A stretch of DNA of 64,000 bases from Heptranchias perlo (taxonomy: Eukaryota): contig NC_090333.1 of the NCBI RefSeq assembly GCF_035084215.1, positions 33,666,001 to 33,730,000 of the forward strand. Direction: 5' to 3'. Each line of letters starts with the position of its first letter. The stretch's first letter is position 1. Positions 37,946-50,215 of the stretch are shown here, one piece after another. A program made the translations under genes and the position numbers. The notes under the pieces were generated by a model. That model worked only from the letters and a program-made list of their open reading frames with translations. It was not told the DNA's origin and searched no databases.

Positions 37946-38874
37946 CATTTAAAAAAGTGAGTAATAGCATCTCATTTAGATTTTGAGATGAACTTTCGAG
38001 ATTAACATCCAAATTTCCTTTGTCAGGGCAAAAGGTAATGGACCATTATTGTTACTACTTTCACAGAAATTAGATTTTGGCGGCGGGGGTTGGGGGGGGT
38101 GGCATATGGTAATCCATGTACAATGTATGAATGATAATCAATTTTTATTACTTTTACAAGGGAGAATGGGTAAGCAAAAGTATGAAAAAGATGACGTTAT
38201 TGGGGCCCTCCCCACCACCCTCCACAAAATAAAAGACCAAATAAAGGCAAGTACATTTCCCTCCATCTAATGCTCAATTATATACAAACACAAAAGTCCC
38301 AGGTTTGATGCCTAGTTTGCACTAACTGGTGTGCAAACTGAGGTGATGGCTGGCATGCCACAGTTAGCCTCTGTACCCCTGTCTGAGGGAAGAGGGAAAG
38401 AAAATATTTTTTCAAAATCAGCCAGGGTTCCTGCACGATTGCTATCCAATGCGGATATGGATGTCAACTGAAGGTAAGGTTAGACTTCCACGAAGCAACG
38501 CCACCCATGATCAAATACCCTGCCAACACTCATGGTCAAGGTTCACATGAAGAAAGCCTCTAAGAGCTCTTGCCCAAGTGGCAATGGATAAGTACGAGGA
38601 GCATCTTTAGGGATGCAGGGAAAAAATATTGCAAATGAGATTTTCAACCACTGTGCTCTCCCTCTTTTAGGATCATCTAAATATTTTTAGAAAGTAACTG
38701 CTGTTGGAAACACAGTCTCCAAATATGAGAAATCAACCATTGCAGCAGACCTGTCCCAGTCTAAGGAGATCCAGGGAAGAAGAAAATAGTGTATGGTGGT
38801 GTTTAATAATGAATACAAACAGAACAACGTACAAAAAATGTTAAACTACAGGGTCACTATATACAGCTTTACTT

Positions 38875-39305
38875 TTTTAAAATTCATTCATGGGATATGG
38901 ATGTCGCTGGCCAGCTTTTATTGCTCGTCCCGAATAGCCCTTGAGAAGGTGGCGGTGAGCCTCCTTCTTAGCTGCAGTAGTGGGATTGTACAACTGAGTG
39001 GCTTGTTAGGCCATTTCAGAGGGCAGTTAAGAATCAACAACATTGCTGTGGGTCTGGAGTCACATAGGCCAGACAGGGTAAGGATGGTTTCCTTTCCTAA
39101 AGGACATTAGTGAACCTGATGGGTTTTTATGACAATCCAATAGTTTCATGGTTACTATTACTGATACTAGCTTTTTATTCCAGATTTTATTTAATCAACT
39201 GAATTTAAATTCCCCCAGCTGCCGGATTTGAACTCATGTCTCCAGATTATTAGTCCAGGCCTCTAGATTACTAGTCTAGTAACATAACCACTATGCTACC
39301 GTACC
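38875..39305 (-). mobile_element. tRNA-derived SINE whose 3' tail matches the LINE at 290-1660
   Basis: Minus strand has A-box tagcatagtgg, B-box gagttcaaatcc, and tail ccaccttctcaagggctattcgggacgagcaataaaagctggccagc. Confidence 0.75.
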
Positions 39306-39564
39306 CTTCTCCTGTATTAGCTTTCAGCTGCTGGGATTTCAGGTCACTGCATTTGATCTTTCTCATTTGTCCTATTTTTCAGTTACACTAAAATAGTACA
39401 ACCAACCAAGAGATTGACCCGATCTCCGATGACCATCAATGTTACTCTAACTTGTAGATGTGCACAACCTACTAATTGTGTTGTAACACGATGATGCACT
39501 CGGTCTCATTGGATGTTTAGGTATATTTAGATTTAATTACAGAAATTACAATAAAAGAGGTAAC

Positions 39565-39720
39565 CTATGGCATAGAGGTACTTCCTGGCCTTCCTTCGGG
39601 GGCGAATCTTTGATGCAGGTGGCAGTTTGCAGAACTTAGTCTCTTTTTGAGGTTGACTGACCTCCCTGTATTCCTCCAGCAACTTCTGCAGGGCAACTCG
39701 TAGACTAAAATCTGGAATAC
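39565..39720 (-). CDS. IPP: IPP coding exon 3
   Basis: cctccag acceptor; GIPDFSLRVALQKLLEEYREVSQPQKETKFCKLPPASKIRPRRKARKYLYAI|gttacc. 156 nt. Confidence 0.93.
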   Translation of the reverse strand, partial: VFQILVYELPCRSCWRNTGRSVNLKKRLSSANCHLHQRFAPEGRPGSTSMP

Positions 39721-41184
39721 CTGGAGGCAGGAATCAGATTTTGTTGTATTTACTCCAAAAAACAAATAGATGTACAGGATCATACAGAAAGATCCTGTAA
39801 CGATACCATGAAACATAAAGCACCAAAGCCATCAACAAAACAAGCTAAACATTTTCTGTGGAAAATAAATTGGTGTGGGTGGGCAAGGGGCTACTTTGGA
39901 AATTGAGCATTTTAGCAGCTCATTGCAAGTTCAAATGGGTTGAACTATTATAAAAACAGCTAGCTGAAGAATTCAACTAATAGGGTTGGATAACGTAGAT
40001 CTTAACGTGAAACGGGTATGCTGGAGTTTTTTGGATCTCTGCTTAGAAGTTTTCACTTCCCTCAGGCACTTAATTAGGAAGAGCCCATGACAGCATAGAA
40101 TTATACAGGATTTACACAACTCCAAGACAGTACAAATTGTATGTGAATCCTTATTTTCTCAATGCGGCATCTTTGATTGCACGATAGTGCATGGCACTGA
40201 TGCACAGATCGTTTTGTGCTCATGATACTCCACACTAAGAGTTCCAGTCTACCCAATCACTGCATTTGTTATGCAAGTTGAGGTTCTATTTGGAAGCAGG
40301 CGGGATGAGGGAGAATGATTTTAGGGAAACAGACAATCCAGAGCATGGTGCTTTGGTGGACTAGAACAGGGCATCTGTCCACCCTTTCACAATGGAGGAC
40401 CTAAAGAAGGAAAAGATTTTTTTAAAATTAACAAAAGTAATTATGACATCGAATTTAAAAACACTAAATGGACCCTCCTTTTGCTCAGTTGGTAAATGCA
40501 TCATGTCCTACAGATTAGAAAGATCACAGGTGTGATCCTAGTGTGTCAGGGGTATTTTGCAATTAGCCTCAATGTTCCTGGGCTAGGGAGAATTCCCATC
40601 CAGTGATATTCTGCTGCAGAGTGGATGCATGTTGATATAATGTAAACACAGATGTTGGCTTGGCTGTGATGCCCCCTATAGTCCAGAAGCTTGTTGACAG
40701 AAACTCTCGAGGTTCACATTAAAAATGGACACTAGGTAATGTACTGAGGAGCTGCCAAAACCCATGGGACTAAACCCCATCTTGAGTCACTGCTGCCAAC
40801 ACAGCAGTGGAGAAAATTAATAAATAAAACAAACAACCATGTTAATAATTACATTTGATAAAAATATACAACATAGTATCTGTAAAACTATGGTTATTTT
40901 AGTTAGTACATTTATTTGTAATCTGATAGGAAGAATTTTAGCAGGACTGCCTCTATCCAGTAAAGAAAGAACTTTAATTTATACGGCACCTTTCACAACC
41001 TCAGGACATCCCAAAGCTCTTCACAGCCAATTAAGTAGTAGCCACTGTTGTAAAGTAGGGGAATGCAGCAGCCAATTTGTGCACAGCAAGGTTCCATTTG
41101 TATGTAGTGTTTTCTCAGAATATTAATTATAAAGTATTAGCAACAATAACTCTGAAACAAGGAATACTCAAAACTGTATCATAC

Positions 41185-41616
41185 CTTCAATATACTTGAA
41201 CAATCTCCGTGAAGACAGCAGAGGGAATCGAACAGGATCCAGAACTTCAATCACGTACTTTTTCCTTTTGCCCATGTCCTTGAGAACCCATTCCATAGCA
41301 GCTGTGAAAACCTGATATTCATCCTCAATCTGGAGCTCTTCACTTTTTAAAATCTTAACCAATTGATCTTTGGCTAATCCCATAAACTCCTCAGCTTTAC
41401 AGACCTCCAGGAAGTGGACATAAATGTAGTTTTCACTGAATTCTATAAGATCGTGGCATGCGATTTGCTCTGCAAATTGATAAATTCCTACACAGTTTGA
41501 GGGGTCAATTTGCCCTTTCAAAAAATCACTGCACATGTTCACAATCTCTGTTAACTGCAACATATCTGCTGCAAGGATCACCTCTTGTACATTTATAATG
41601 CTGACGTTGATGATAC
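41185..41616 (-). CDS. IPP: IPP coding exon 2 (BTB end plus BACK domain)
   Basis: aaacag acceptor; GIINVSIINVQEVILAADMLQL...IEDEYQVFTAAMEW...VRFPLLSSRRLFKYIE|gtatg. 432 nt. Confidence 0.95.
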
Positions 41617-41974
41617 CTGTTTGACATGAGGTAGAGGAAAGAAAATGCATTTTAAAGCCCATTCAACAGGATTACTTGCTTAGTTGTGAGGTTAGAATGG
41701 TGACGTAATTACTGAATTTGTCCATGTATTGTAACATAAAAGTATTAACTCTAGGTTCACTCTGATGGGGCTTCAAATTAAGGCTGCAGAACCAACTGCT
41801 CTGTTGATAAAAGCACACTGTTTCAATAACACAATAGACACTGAATGCACAGTCATCAGCATATGTTGGATTTATCAGAATTCATTCACTGGTTTATCAG
41901 TTAGCTCAGCTCTCATGTGAATGGTTTGTTAATAATTATTTTGTTCCTGTCCAGTAGACCTGTCTAAATTTTAT

Positions 41975-43960
41975 TTTTATTTGATCTTGGGAAAGGCTGC
42001 ATTTATTGCTCCTCCCTAGGTGCCCTGATAAAGTGGTGGTGGTCGTTCTTCTTGTGATGGTGCTCCCACAATGGTGTTAGGTAGGAAATTTTTGGATTTA
42101 GACCTAGTGGCGATGAAGCAACAACAATATGCGTCCAAATCAGGATTGTGACTTGGAGGCGATGTGTTCCTGTGACATTGTTGCTCTTGTAATTTTTGGT
42201 GAGAGAGTTCATAGGGAAGGGAAGTGCTGTCAAAATAACTGTGGCGAGTTGCTACAGAGCCTCCTGTAGATAGTGCATACTGCAGCTTCAGTGCACTGGT
42301 GATGCAGGAGTTATATAGTGGAATCCAATTCCAGGTGCACCAATGAAACAAACTGCTCTGTCCTGGATGGTATTAATCTTCTTCAGTGTTGTTGCGACTG
42401 CACCCATCCAGGCAAGTGAAGAGTATTCAATCACACTCCAGAATTGAGCCTGGTAGGTGGCGGGGGGGTCAGGAGCTGAGCCCACACTATCCCAGCCTCT
42501 GCCCTGCTCTTGTAGCCACCCTGTCGATATGGCTGGTCCAGTTAAGCTCCTGGACAAGATGTTCATGGTAGGGGCCTTGGTGATGGTAGTGCCATCAAAG
42601 GTGGGGAAGGTGGTTGGGCTTTTTCGTTCCAGATGATCATTGCCTGGCACCTACTTATATGGGGCAAATGTTATCTGGCACTTGTCAGCCCAAACCTAGA
42701 TGCTGTCCAAGTCCTGCTGTAGGCTGGCATGGATTGCTTCATTAGTGGAGAAGTTGTTAATGGAGCTGAACACTGTGGAATAGAAAACCGTCCCATTTCT
42801 GACCTTATGGCAGTGGGAAGGAGCAGCTGACGATGATTGGGCTGAAGATGCTGGCCTGCAGAACTCCTGCAGAGATGTCCTGGGTCTGTGATGACCAGCT
42901 TTCAACAACCACAACCATCTTCCTTTATGTCAGGCATGACTCCAGGGTTTTCCCTTTGACCCCCACCACCTCGCTTTTGCTAAAGCTCCTTGAACGTTGC
43001 CTTGATGTGGAGGAAAACGAACTTCACCTCTCCTCTGACATTCAGCTCTTGCATCCATTTCTTGGGACGTTTTCCTACTTTAAAGGCACTATATAAATGC
43101 AAGCCCATTATTGTTGTATTTCTGGATCAAGGCTGCAATGAGGTCTGGAGCAAATTGGTTTTGGCAGAATCTCTTACTGAGCATTGGTATGCAGATTTTT
43201 GGTGGGTATGTTTTGCTTAATGGCATTATTGATCACTCCTTCCATCACGGATAAATCTAACTCGGCCAATTACTGCCTGTTTTTTGTAGAAAAAACACAT
43301 CTAGGTAAGCTTGCACATCATTGGGTTGATGCCAGTATCATAGCTGTACTGGCTTGACGATGGGTGGCAAGTGGGCATGAGCTAGCTCTGGTGCACAGGT
43401 CTTCAGAACTACAGCTGGGATGTTGTCGGGATCCGTAAGCCCTTGCTGTGTCCAATGCACCCAGCCACTTCTTAATGTCACATGGAGTGAACTGAATTGG
43501 CTGGACAATGGCATCCATGATGATGGGGACCTCGAGAGCAGACCAAGTAGGATCGTCCACTCGGCACTTTTAGCCAACGAAGCTTGCAAACAATTCATCC
43601 TTGTCTCCTGCGCACACCTGCTTTGCTGCTCGGTAATTAAGAATAGCCGCCTCCTCCCATTAGTTACACCACCATAACCCAACTGTATGTGGTTGGGCTA
43701 GAGAGCTTTGCTCTGATCTGGTTAGTGTTTACCATTCAGGTAGCCCTGTGTTGTCGCTTCAACAGGTTGGTACCTCACTCTAAGGTGTGCCTGGTGCTGC
43801 TCCTGGCTCACCCTTTTACTCTCTCTGTTGAACCAGGCTTGGCTTCCCAACTTGATGGTGATCAAGGAGGGATGTGCGAGGTCATGAGGTTAAAGATGTG
43901 GTGGTATACAATTCTGCTGCTGCTGCTGATGGTGCACTGCACAGTTTTGGTCTACTAGAT
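41975..43960 (-). mobile_element. Degenerate non-LTR retrotransposon, same family as 290-1660
   Basis: Minus ORFs DPDNIPAVVLKTCAPELA and AQFWSVIEYSSLAWMGAVATTLKKINTIQDRA; matching 3' tail near 42000. Confidence 0.75.
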
Positions 43961-43984
43961 GTGTCCTTAGCCTATCCCACTTAG

Positions 43985-45575
43985 GATCCATAGAAGGTTA
44001 CGACACGGAAGGAGACCATTCGACCCATCAAGTCCGTGCCGGCACAATGCAAGAGCAATCCAGTTAGTCCCACTCCACCGTCCTTTCCCCGTAGCTCTGC
44101 AAATTTTTTCCTTTCAAGCACTGATCCTGTTCCCTTTGAAGGCCATGATTGAATCTGCCTCCACCACCCACTCTGGCAGTGCATTCCAGATCCTAACCAC
44201 TCGCTGTGTAAAAAAGTTTTTCTTCATGTCACCTTTGGTTCTTTTGACAATCACCTTAAATCTATGCCCTTTGGTTCTTGACCTTTCCGTCAATTGGAAC
44301 AGTTTCTCTCTATCTACTCTGTCTAGTCCCTCATCCTCATAAGAATCATTTTAGTAAATCTTTTCTGCACCCTCTCTAAGGCCTTGACATCTTTCCTAAA
44401 GTGTGGTGCCCAGAACTGGACACAATGCTCCAGTTGTTGCCGAACCATTGTTTTATAAATGTTCATCATGACTTCCTTGCTTTTGTACTCTATGCTTCTA
44501 TTTATAAAGCCCAGGATCCCTTATGCTTTTATAACGCTTTCTCAACCTGCCCTGCCACCTTCAACGATTTGTGCACATATACCCCCAGATCTCTCTGTTC
44601 CTGGACCCCTTTTAGAATTGTGCCCTTTAGTATATATTGCCTCTCCTCGTTCTTCCTACTGAAATGTATCACATTACATTTTTCTGTGTTAAATTTCATC
44701 TGCCACGTGTCCACCCATGCCACCAGCCTGTCTATATGCTCTTGAAGTCTATCACTATCCTCCCCACTGTTCACTACAATTGCAAGTTTTGTGTCATCTG
44801 CAAATTTTGAAATTGTGCCCTGTTCATCCAAGACCAAGTCATTAATATATATCAAGAAAAACAATGGTCCCAGCACCGACCTCTGGGGAACACCACTGTA
44901 CACCTCCCTCCAGTCCAAAAAATAACCGTTCACCGCTACTCTCTGCTTCATGTTACTTAGTCAATTCTGTATTCATGCTGCTACTGTCCCTTTTATTCCA
45001 TGGGCTTCAATCTTAATGACAAGCCTATTATGCAGCAATTTATCAAATGCCTTTTGAGAGTCCTTGTACACCACATTAACCGCATTGCCCTCATCTATTC
45101 TCTCTGTTACCTCATCAAAAAACTCTATCAAGTGAGTTAAACACGATTTGCCTTTAACAAATCCATGCTGGCTTTCCCTAAGTCAATCCACACTTGTCCA
45201 AGTGACTGCTAATTCTGTCCTGGATCATCGTTTCTAAAAGTTTCCCCACCACTGAGGTTGAACTGACTGGCCTGTAGTTGCTGGGTTCTTCCTCACACCC
45301 TTTTTCGAACAAGGGTGTAACATTTGCAATTCTTCAGTCCTCTGGCACCACCCCCGTATCTATGAACGATTGGAAGATTATGGCCAGTACCTCCGCAATT
45401 TTCACCCTTATTTCCCTCAGCAACCTCGGATGCATCACATTCGGACCAGGTGACTTATCTACTTTAAGTACAGCTTGCCTTTCTAGTGCCTCCTTTTTAT
45501 CAATTTTTAGCCCATTCAGTACCTCAGCTACATATTCCTTTACTGAGACTCTGGCAGCATCTTCTTCCTTGGTGT
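43985..45575 (-). mobile_element. CR1 LINE RT fragment
   Basis: Minus ORFs VDKSPGPNVMHPRLL and SGVPQRSVLGPLFFLIYIND...KFADDTK. Confidence 0.9.
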
Positions 45576-47357
45576 CCTCACTGTGTATTTTGAATATCAT
45601 TTCTGCACAGGATGTATGAGCCCAGTGTTTAAATAACTGCAGCAGAATAAAATTAGCATTGCAAAAAAATGGTGTTTGCATGGAATGTTTCAGTCACAAA
45701 TGAAACAACTGGAAGTCAGAAATAATCTGTTTAGATTTGGCATGTAATTTTAAGGTGAGTTTTTATAATGCTCTTTTTGCTTTGCAGCCCTTGTTATGCT
45801 AATTATCAATGACAAATTTCTGTAAAACAATGATAGTTTACAGGTTTTTCAAATTAATTTTAATTTTCTTGTGAACTTTATATAGTGCTACTTAAATTTA
45901 AAAAGGCCAGGAAAAATTATTCTGAAAATCTGGCTACACTTATTTACTTATTAAAGGTGATAAGTAAAATTCTCTTTTTCTCCTTTCAAACAATGGGAAC
46001 TGATAGAATAGTGAGTGCATTCCAACATAATGCCAATTTAGTGCATTTCTACAAACAGGGAGCTTCTTCTTGAAGACTTGGAAAACTACACCCAAAGCAC
46101 AGTAAGTACATAATTATACTCAAATATTAAGTAGCAAACCGATGTTTTAAAACCTTGGACCAGTGATTTCTGACCCTTCTGTCTGATGGTTGAGCAGTCT
46201 TCATTTCAGGATGCTTAATACAGATTATTAAAAAAAACAAAAAAAGTTAGGAGAACACACAAGTGTTCCTGAATTAACTTAAAGAAATATGTAATGTTCT
46301 ACAAGGAGCACATCCTGCTAATGACAGTGACATCCAGACATTCTTTCAATTCATCATAACTCACTGTGACACTTGTAAGTAGTAAGCTCAAATGTTGGGC
46401 ATAACACCAACCCCACAGTTGAGATATTATCTATACATCATTACATCTATGGCAGCTCTACTGCCCAATCAGTGTTTGAAAATACAACATTTTGTATTTG
46501 AGGACATCCGGCCAACACTATGGACATCTTCATGAGAAACATCGAACATGTATTAGTGTTACCAGTCAATCTTCTGCTGCATCATATCAGCAGCAATGGA
46601 GAGTTCTCTATTCCTTTTTGACTCCAGGCAATGATTTGTCAAAGGCATCAAGGTTTAAAAAAACAATGTAGTTGCTCAAACAGTACCAATACATGTGTAT
46701 GAATAATAGTTAGGGACTCTATACCGAACTGGGGGGTGTGGGGGGGGGGAACCATAACAGGTTGGAGAACTTCACCAGCAGTCTCATCCTTCAGAGTGAC
46801 TAATTTATTCTGAATCCCCTGGTATAGTGGAGGACATAGATGGCACTACTTAGTTACTATAAGTAGCGCTGAACAAATTAGTAGAGACAAATTCTGGAAA
46901 TCTGAAAATAAAAATAGAAAATGCTAGAACACACAGTAGGTCCACAAAAGAGAAAATCTGGATTAATGTTTTAGGTGCACAGCCGGCCCTTCATTGACCT
47001 GTAAAAAGTTGCTCTGTTAAAGGGCGACCTCATCTCAACAACAACTTGCATTGATAATAGTGCCTTTTAATGTCGAAAGAAATCCCAGGGCGCTTCATAG
47101 AGGATTTTTAAAAAAAGAGAAGAGGAGCCAAAGAAGGAGATATTAGGAGAGGTGACCAAAAGCTTGGTCATCGAGGCGGGTTTCGAGTTTGAAGGGAACG
47201 ATTTCCAGCGTGGGGCTGAACCGGACTCTGCTCTCGACAGATGCCGAGGGAGGAGCTGCTTCATCCCCACCAGTGATTTTATTCCCAATTATTTTGCTTT
47301 GTGCCTGTAAGAAGTCACTGAACCGACTCCCCCCCCCCCCCCTCCCCAAACACTAAC

Positions 47358-47667
47358 CTGTGTAAATAAACTCCAGGAGTAACTTGAAGATTTCTGGCTC
47401 GATGCCGTGGATCTTGATGAGACTCTTGGTCGCTTCCTGCATCCCCCCGGTGAAGAGCACCGCGAAGTAAGGGCTGCTGGCGGCCAGGACCAGCTTGTGG
47501 ACGCTGAAAAGTTCCTCCTCCACCTGCAGCTGCACGTCGCAGAAGTCGCTGCGGCACCGCATGCGGTTGATCTGGGCCAGCAGGGCCCGAGCGTGTTTAT
47601 CAGAAGCGGATCGTCCCTGATCCGAGAGCGGGCACGGACCCGGCTTCGGATAAACGGAATTCGCCAT
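47358..47667 (-). CDS. IPP: IPP coding exon 1 (BTB/POZ domain) of actin-binding kelch protein IPP (KLHL27)
   Basis: ATG at 47667; MANSVYPK...SDKHARALLAQINRMRCRSDFCDVQLQV...HKLVLAASSPYFAVLFTGGM...LLEFIYTG|gttag. 310 nt. The eight exons splice in frame to 1773 nt (590 aa). Confidence 0.93.
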
Positions 47668-47679
47668 GATCCCGTTACC

Positions 47680-47975
47680 TAGCAACAGGCACCGAGCTCG
47701 CCGACCTGCCGCGGCCACGACACCGCGAACCCACCGTCAGACGACATCAGTCTGTGGAGCCAAACCCGCATCCGACAGGATCCCGGGGCCGCCCGGCCGG
47801 GAACCGATCGCTTCTCGAAATAATCCCCGACGTGTTGTGATCCGGATTGTGTCAACGCCGCTGGGCGCGATCATCGGCTAACTCCCCCTGACAAGGAAAA
47901 GCAATCGAGCCCCGCTTCACTGCCCCGTGAGGGCGCGCGCCAGACTCGTTGATTGTTACTGGTCCTCAACACGGT
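47680..47975 (-). promoter_or_regulatory. CpG-rich putative IPP promoter / 5' UTR
   Basis: High CpG density directly upstream of the IPP ATG. Confidence 0.5.
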
Positions 47976-49507
47976 CCGGGACAGCGGGTGGCGCTGAGTC
48001 CTCCGGGACAGTGGGTGGCGCTGAGTCCTCCGGGACAGCGGGTGGCGCTGTGTCCTCCGGGACAGTGGGTGGCGCTGAGTCCTCCGGGACAGCGGGTGGC
48101 GCTGAGTCCTCCGGGACAGTGGGTGGCGCTGTGTCCTCCGGGACAGCGGGTGGCGCTGAGTCCTCCGGGACAGCGGGTGGCGCTGAGTCCTCCGGGAACA
48201 GTGGGTGGCGCTGTGACCTTCCTCCGGGAACAGTGGGTGGCGCTGTGACCTTCCTCCGGGACAGTGGGTGGCGCTGAGTCCTCCGGGACAGCGGGTGGCG
48301 CTGAGTCCTCCGGGACAGTGGGTGGCGCTGAGTCCTCCGGGACAGCGGGTGGCGCTGAGTCCTCCGGGACAGTGGGTGGCGCTGTGTCCTCCGGGACAGT
48401 GGGTGGCGCTGAGTCCTCCGGGACAGCGGGTGGCGCTGAGTCCTCCGGGACAGTGGGTGGCGCTGAGTCCTCCGGGAACAGTGGGTGGCGCTGTGACCTT
48501 CCTCCGGGGACAGTGGGTGGCGCTGAGTCCTCCGGGACAGCGGGTGGCGCTGAGTCCTCCGGGACAGCGGGTGGCGCTGAGTCCTCCGGGAACAGTGGGT
48601 GGCGCTGTGACCTTCCTCCGGGACAGTGGGTGGCGCTGAGTCCTCCGGGAACAGTGGGTGGCGCTGTGACCTTCCTCCGGGACAGTGGGTGGCGCTGTGT
48701 CCTTCCTCCGGTGTGGAGATGCCGGTGATGGACTGGGGTTAACAATTGTAAACAATTTTACAACACCAAGTTATAGTCCAACGATTTTATTCGAAATTGT
48801 CTTTTCCACACTGCCTGAGGAAGGGGAAAGCCCCCGAAAGCTTGTGGGATTAAAAATAAAATCGTTGGACTATAACTTGGTGTTGTAAAATTGTTTACAA
48901 TTCCTTCCTCCGGGACAGTGGGTGGCGCTGTGACCTCCGGGACAGTGGGTGGCGCTGAGTCCTCCGGGACAGCGGGTGGCGCTGTGTCCTCCGGGACAGT
49001 GGGTGGCGCTGAGTCCTCCGGGACAGTGGGTGGCGCTGTGACCTCCGGGACAGTGGGTGGCGCTGAGTCCTCCGGGACAGCGGGTGGCGCTGTGTCCTCC
49101 GGGACAGTGGGTGGCGCTGAGTCCTCCGGGACAGTGGGTGGCGCTGAGTCCTCCGGGACAGCGGGTGGCGCTGAGTCCTCCGGGACAGTGGGTGGCGCTG
49201 TGACCTTCCTCCGGGACAGTGGGTGGCGCTGAGTCCTCCGGGACAGTGGGTGGCGCTGTGACCTTCCTCCGGGACAGTGGGTGGCGCTGAGTCCTCCGGG
49301 ACAGTGGGTGGCGCTGAGTCCTCCGGGACAGCGGGTGGCGCTGAGTCCTCCGGGACAGTGGGTGGCGCTGAGTCCTCCGGGACAGCGGGTGGCGCTGAGT
49401 CCTCCGGGACAGTGGGTGGCGCTGAGTCCTCCGGGACAGTGGGTGGCGCTGAGTCCTCCGGGACAGCGGGTGGCGCTGAGTCCTCCGGGACAGCGGGTGG
49501 CGCTGTG
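47976..49507. repeat. GC-rich minisatellite, 27-bp unit ccgggacag(c/t)gggtggcgctg(a/t)gtcct with 30-31-bp variants; roughly 50 units
   Basis: Direct reading; the 9-aa periodicity in the ORF track (GTVGGAESS / PEDSAPPTV) agrees. Interrupted at 48712-48901. Confidence 0.97.
48712..48901. mobile_element. Palindromic PLE-derived mini-element inserted in the minisatellite
   Basis: Tail tgtggagatgccggtgatggactgggg, perfect 48-bp IR (48744-48791 / 48855-48902), internal CTGAGGA...GAAAGCTT motif. TSD tccttcctccgg at 48700-48711 and 48902-48913. Confidence 0.85.
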
Positions 49508-49980
49508 GGTTTTGCCGAAGTCAATGCCTTTTTCCTTATTTGTTGACACCAAAAACAGACGACATTGAAGCAAAGTAAAAAGATAACTTTCCCTGTTAAA
49601 GAGTGTTTCAGACAAAACTGAAAGATTTTACACTTCTCCAAATTATTTTCATTTTTTTTAGGATGAATTGGTTTCCATTTGACATTTGAAAAACAACAGA
49701 AACAAAATAGCAGGAATGTCTGTTCTGGGAATCAAAATAACAAACTGAAAACTGGGCTCCACCGATCGCTTTGGCACCCTTGGAGAATGTGCTCAAAAGT
49801 TGGTGTTATTTATTTGACCATGGTAACTGGAAGTATCGGTAAGTGGGGCTGAGGAGGAGAGTGGTCGGGGTCAGGTTGCAGGACGGTGAATCGAGGCATT
49901 TAAAACTAGCGGTCGTCAATATAAGATCGTCACTAATAAATCCGATAGGGAATTCAGGAGAAACTTCTTTACCCAGAGAA

Positions 49981-50215
49981 ATGTAAGGAATCTTACAACA
50001 CCAGGTTATAGTCCAACAGTTTTATTTGAAAATCACAAGCTTTCGGAGGCTTCCTCCGTTGCATTAGGGTTCGGGTTAGGGTGGGTTAGGGTTAGAAGGA
50101 GGAAGCCTCTGAAAGCTTGTGATTTTCAAATAAAGCTGTTGGACTATAACCTGGTGTTGTAAGACTCCTTACATTTGTCCACCCCAGTTCATCACCGGCA
50201 TCTCCACATCATGGC
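49981..50215. mobile_element. Palindromic PLE-derived mini-element with telomeric-repeat spacer
   Basis: About 78-bp arms matching the 11340 element; tail ccaccccagttcatcaccggcatctccacatcatggc. TSD tacccagagaa at 49970-49980 and 50216-50226. Confidence 0.88.
50064..50095 (+). repeat. Short interstitial telomeric repeat
   Basis: TTAGGG TTCGGG TTAGGG TGGG TTAGGG TTAG. Confidence 0.85.

Noticed and set aside
47976-49507. CRISPR-like array or REST/NRSE site array
   Set aside because: There are no unique spacers and the context is eukaryotic. The REST half-site-like words (ggacagcg, tcagcgcc) are on opposite strands with non-canonical spacing.
47871-49641. Long ORFs (up to 294 aa) with mucin-like PEDSAPPTV / GTVGGAESS repeats
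   Set aside because: They result from a 27-bp unit lacking stops in several frames on both strands. There are no credible starts or splice context, and frames shift at variant units.
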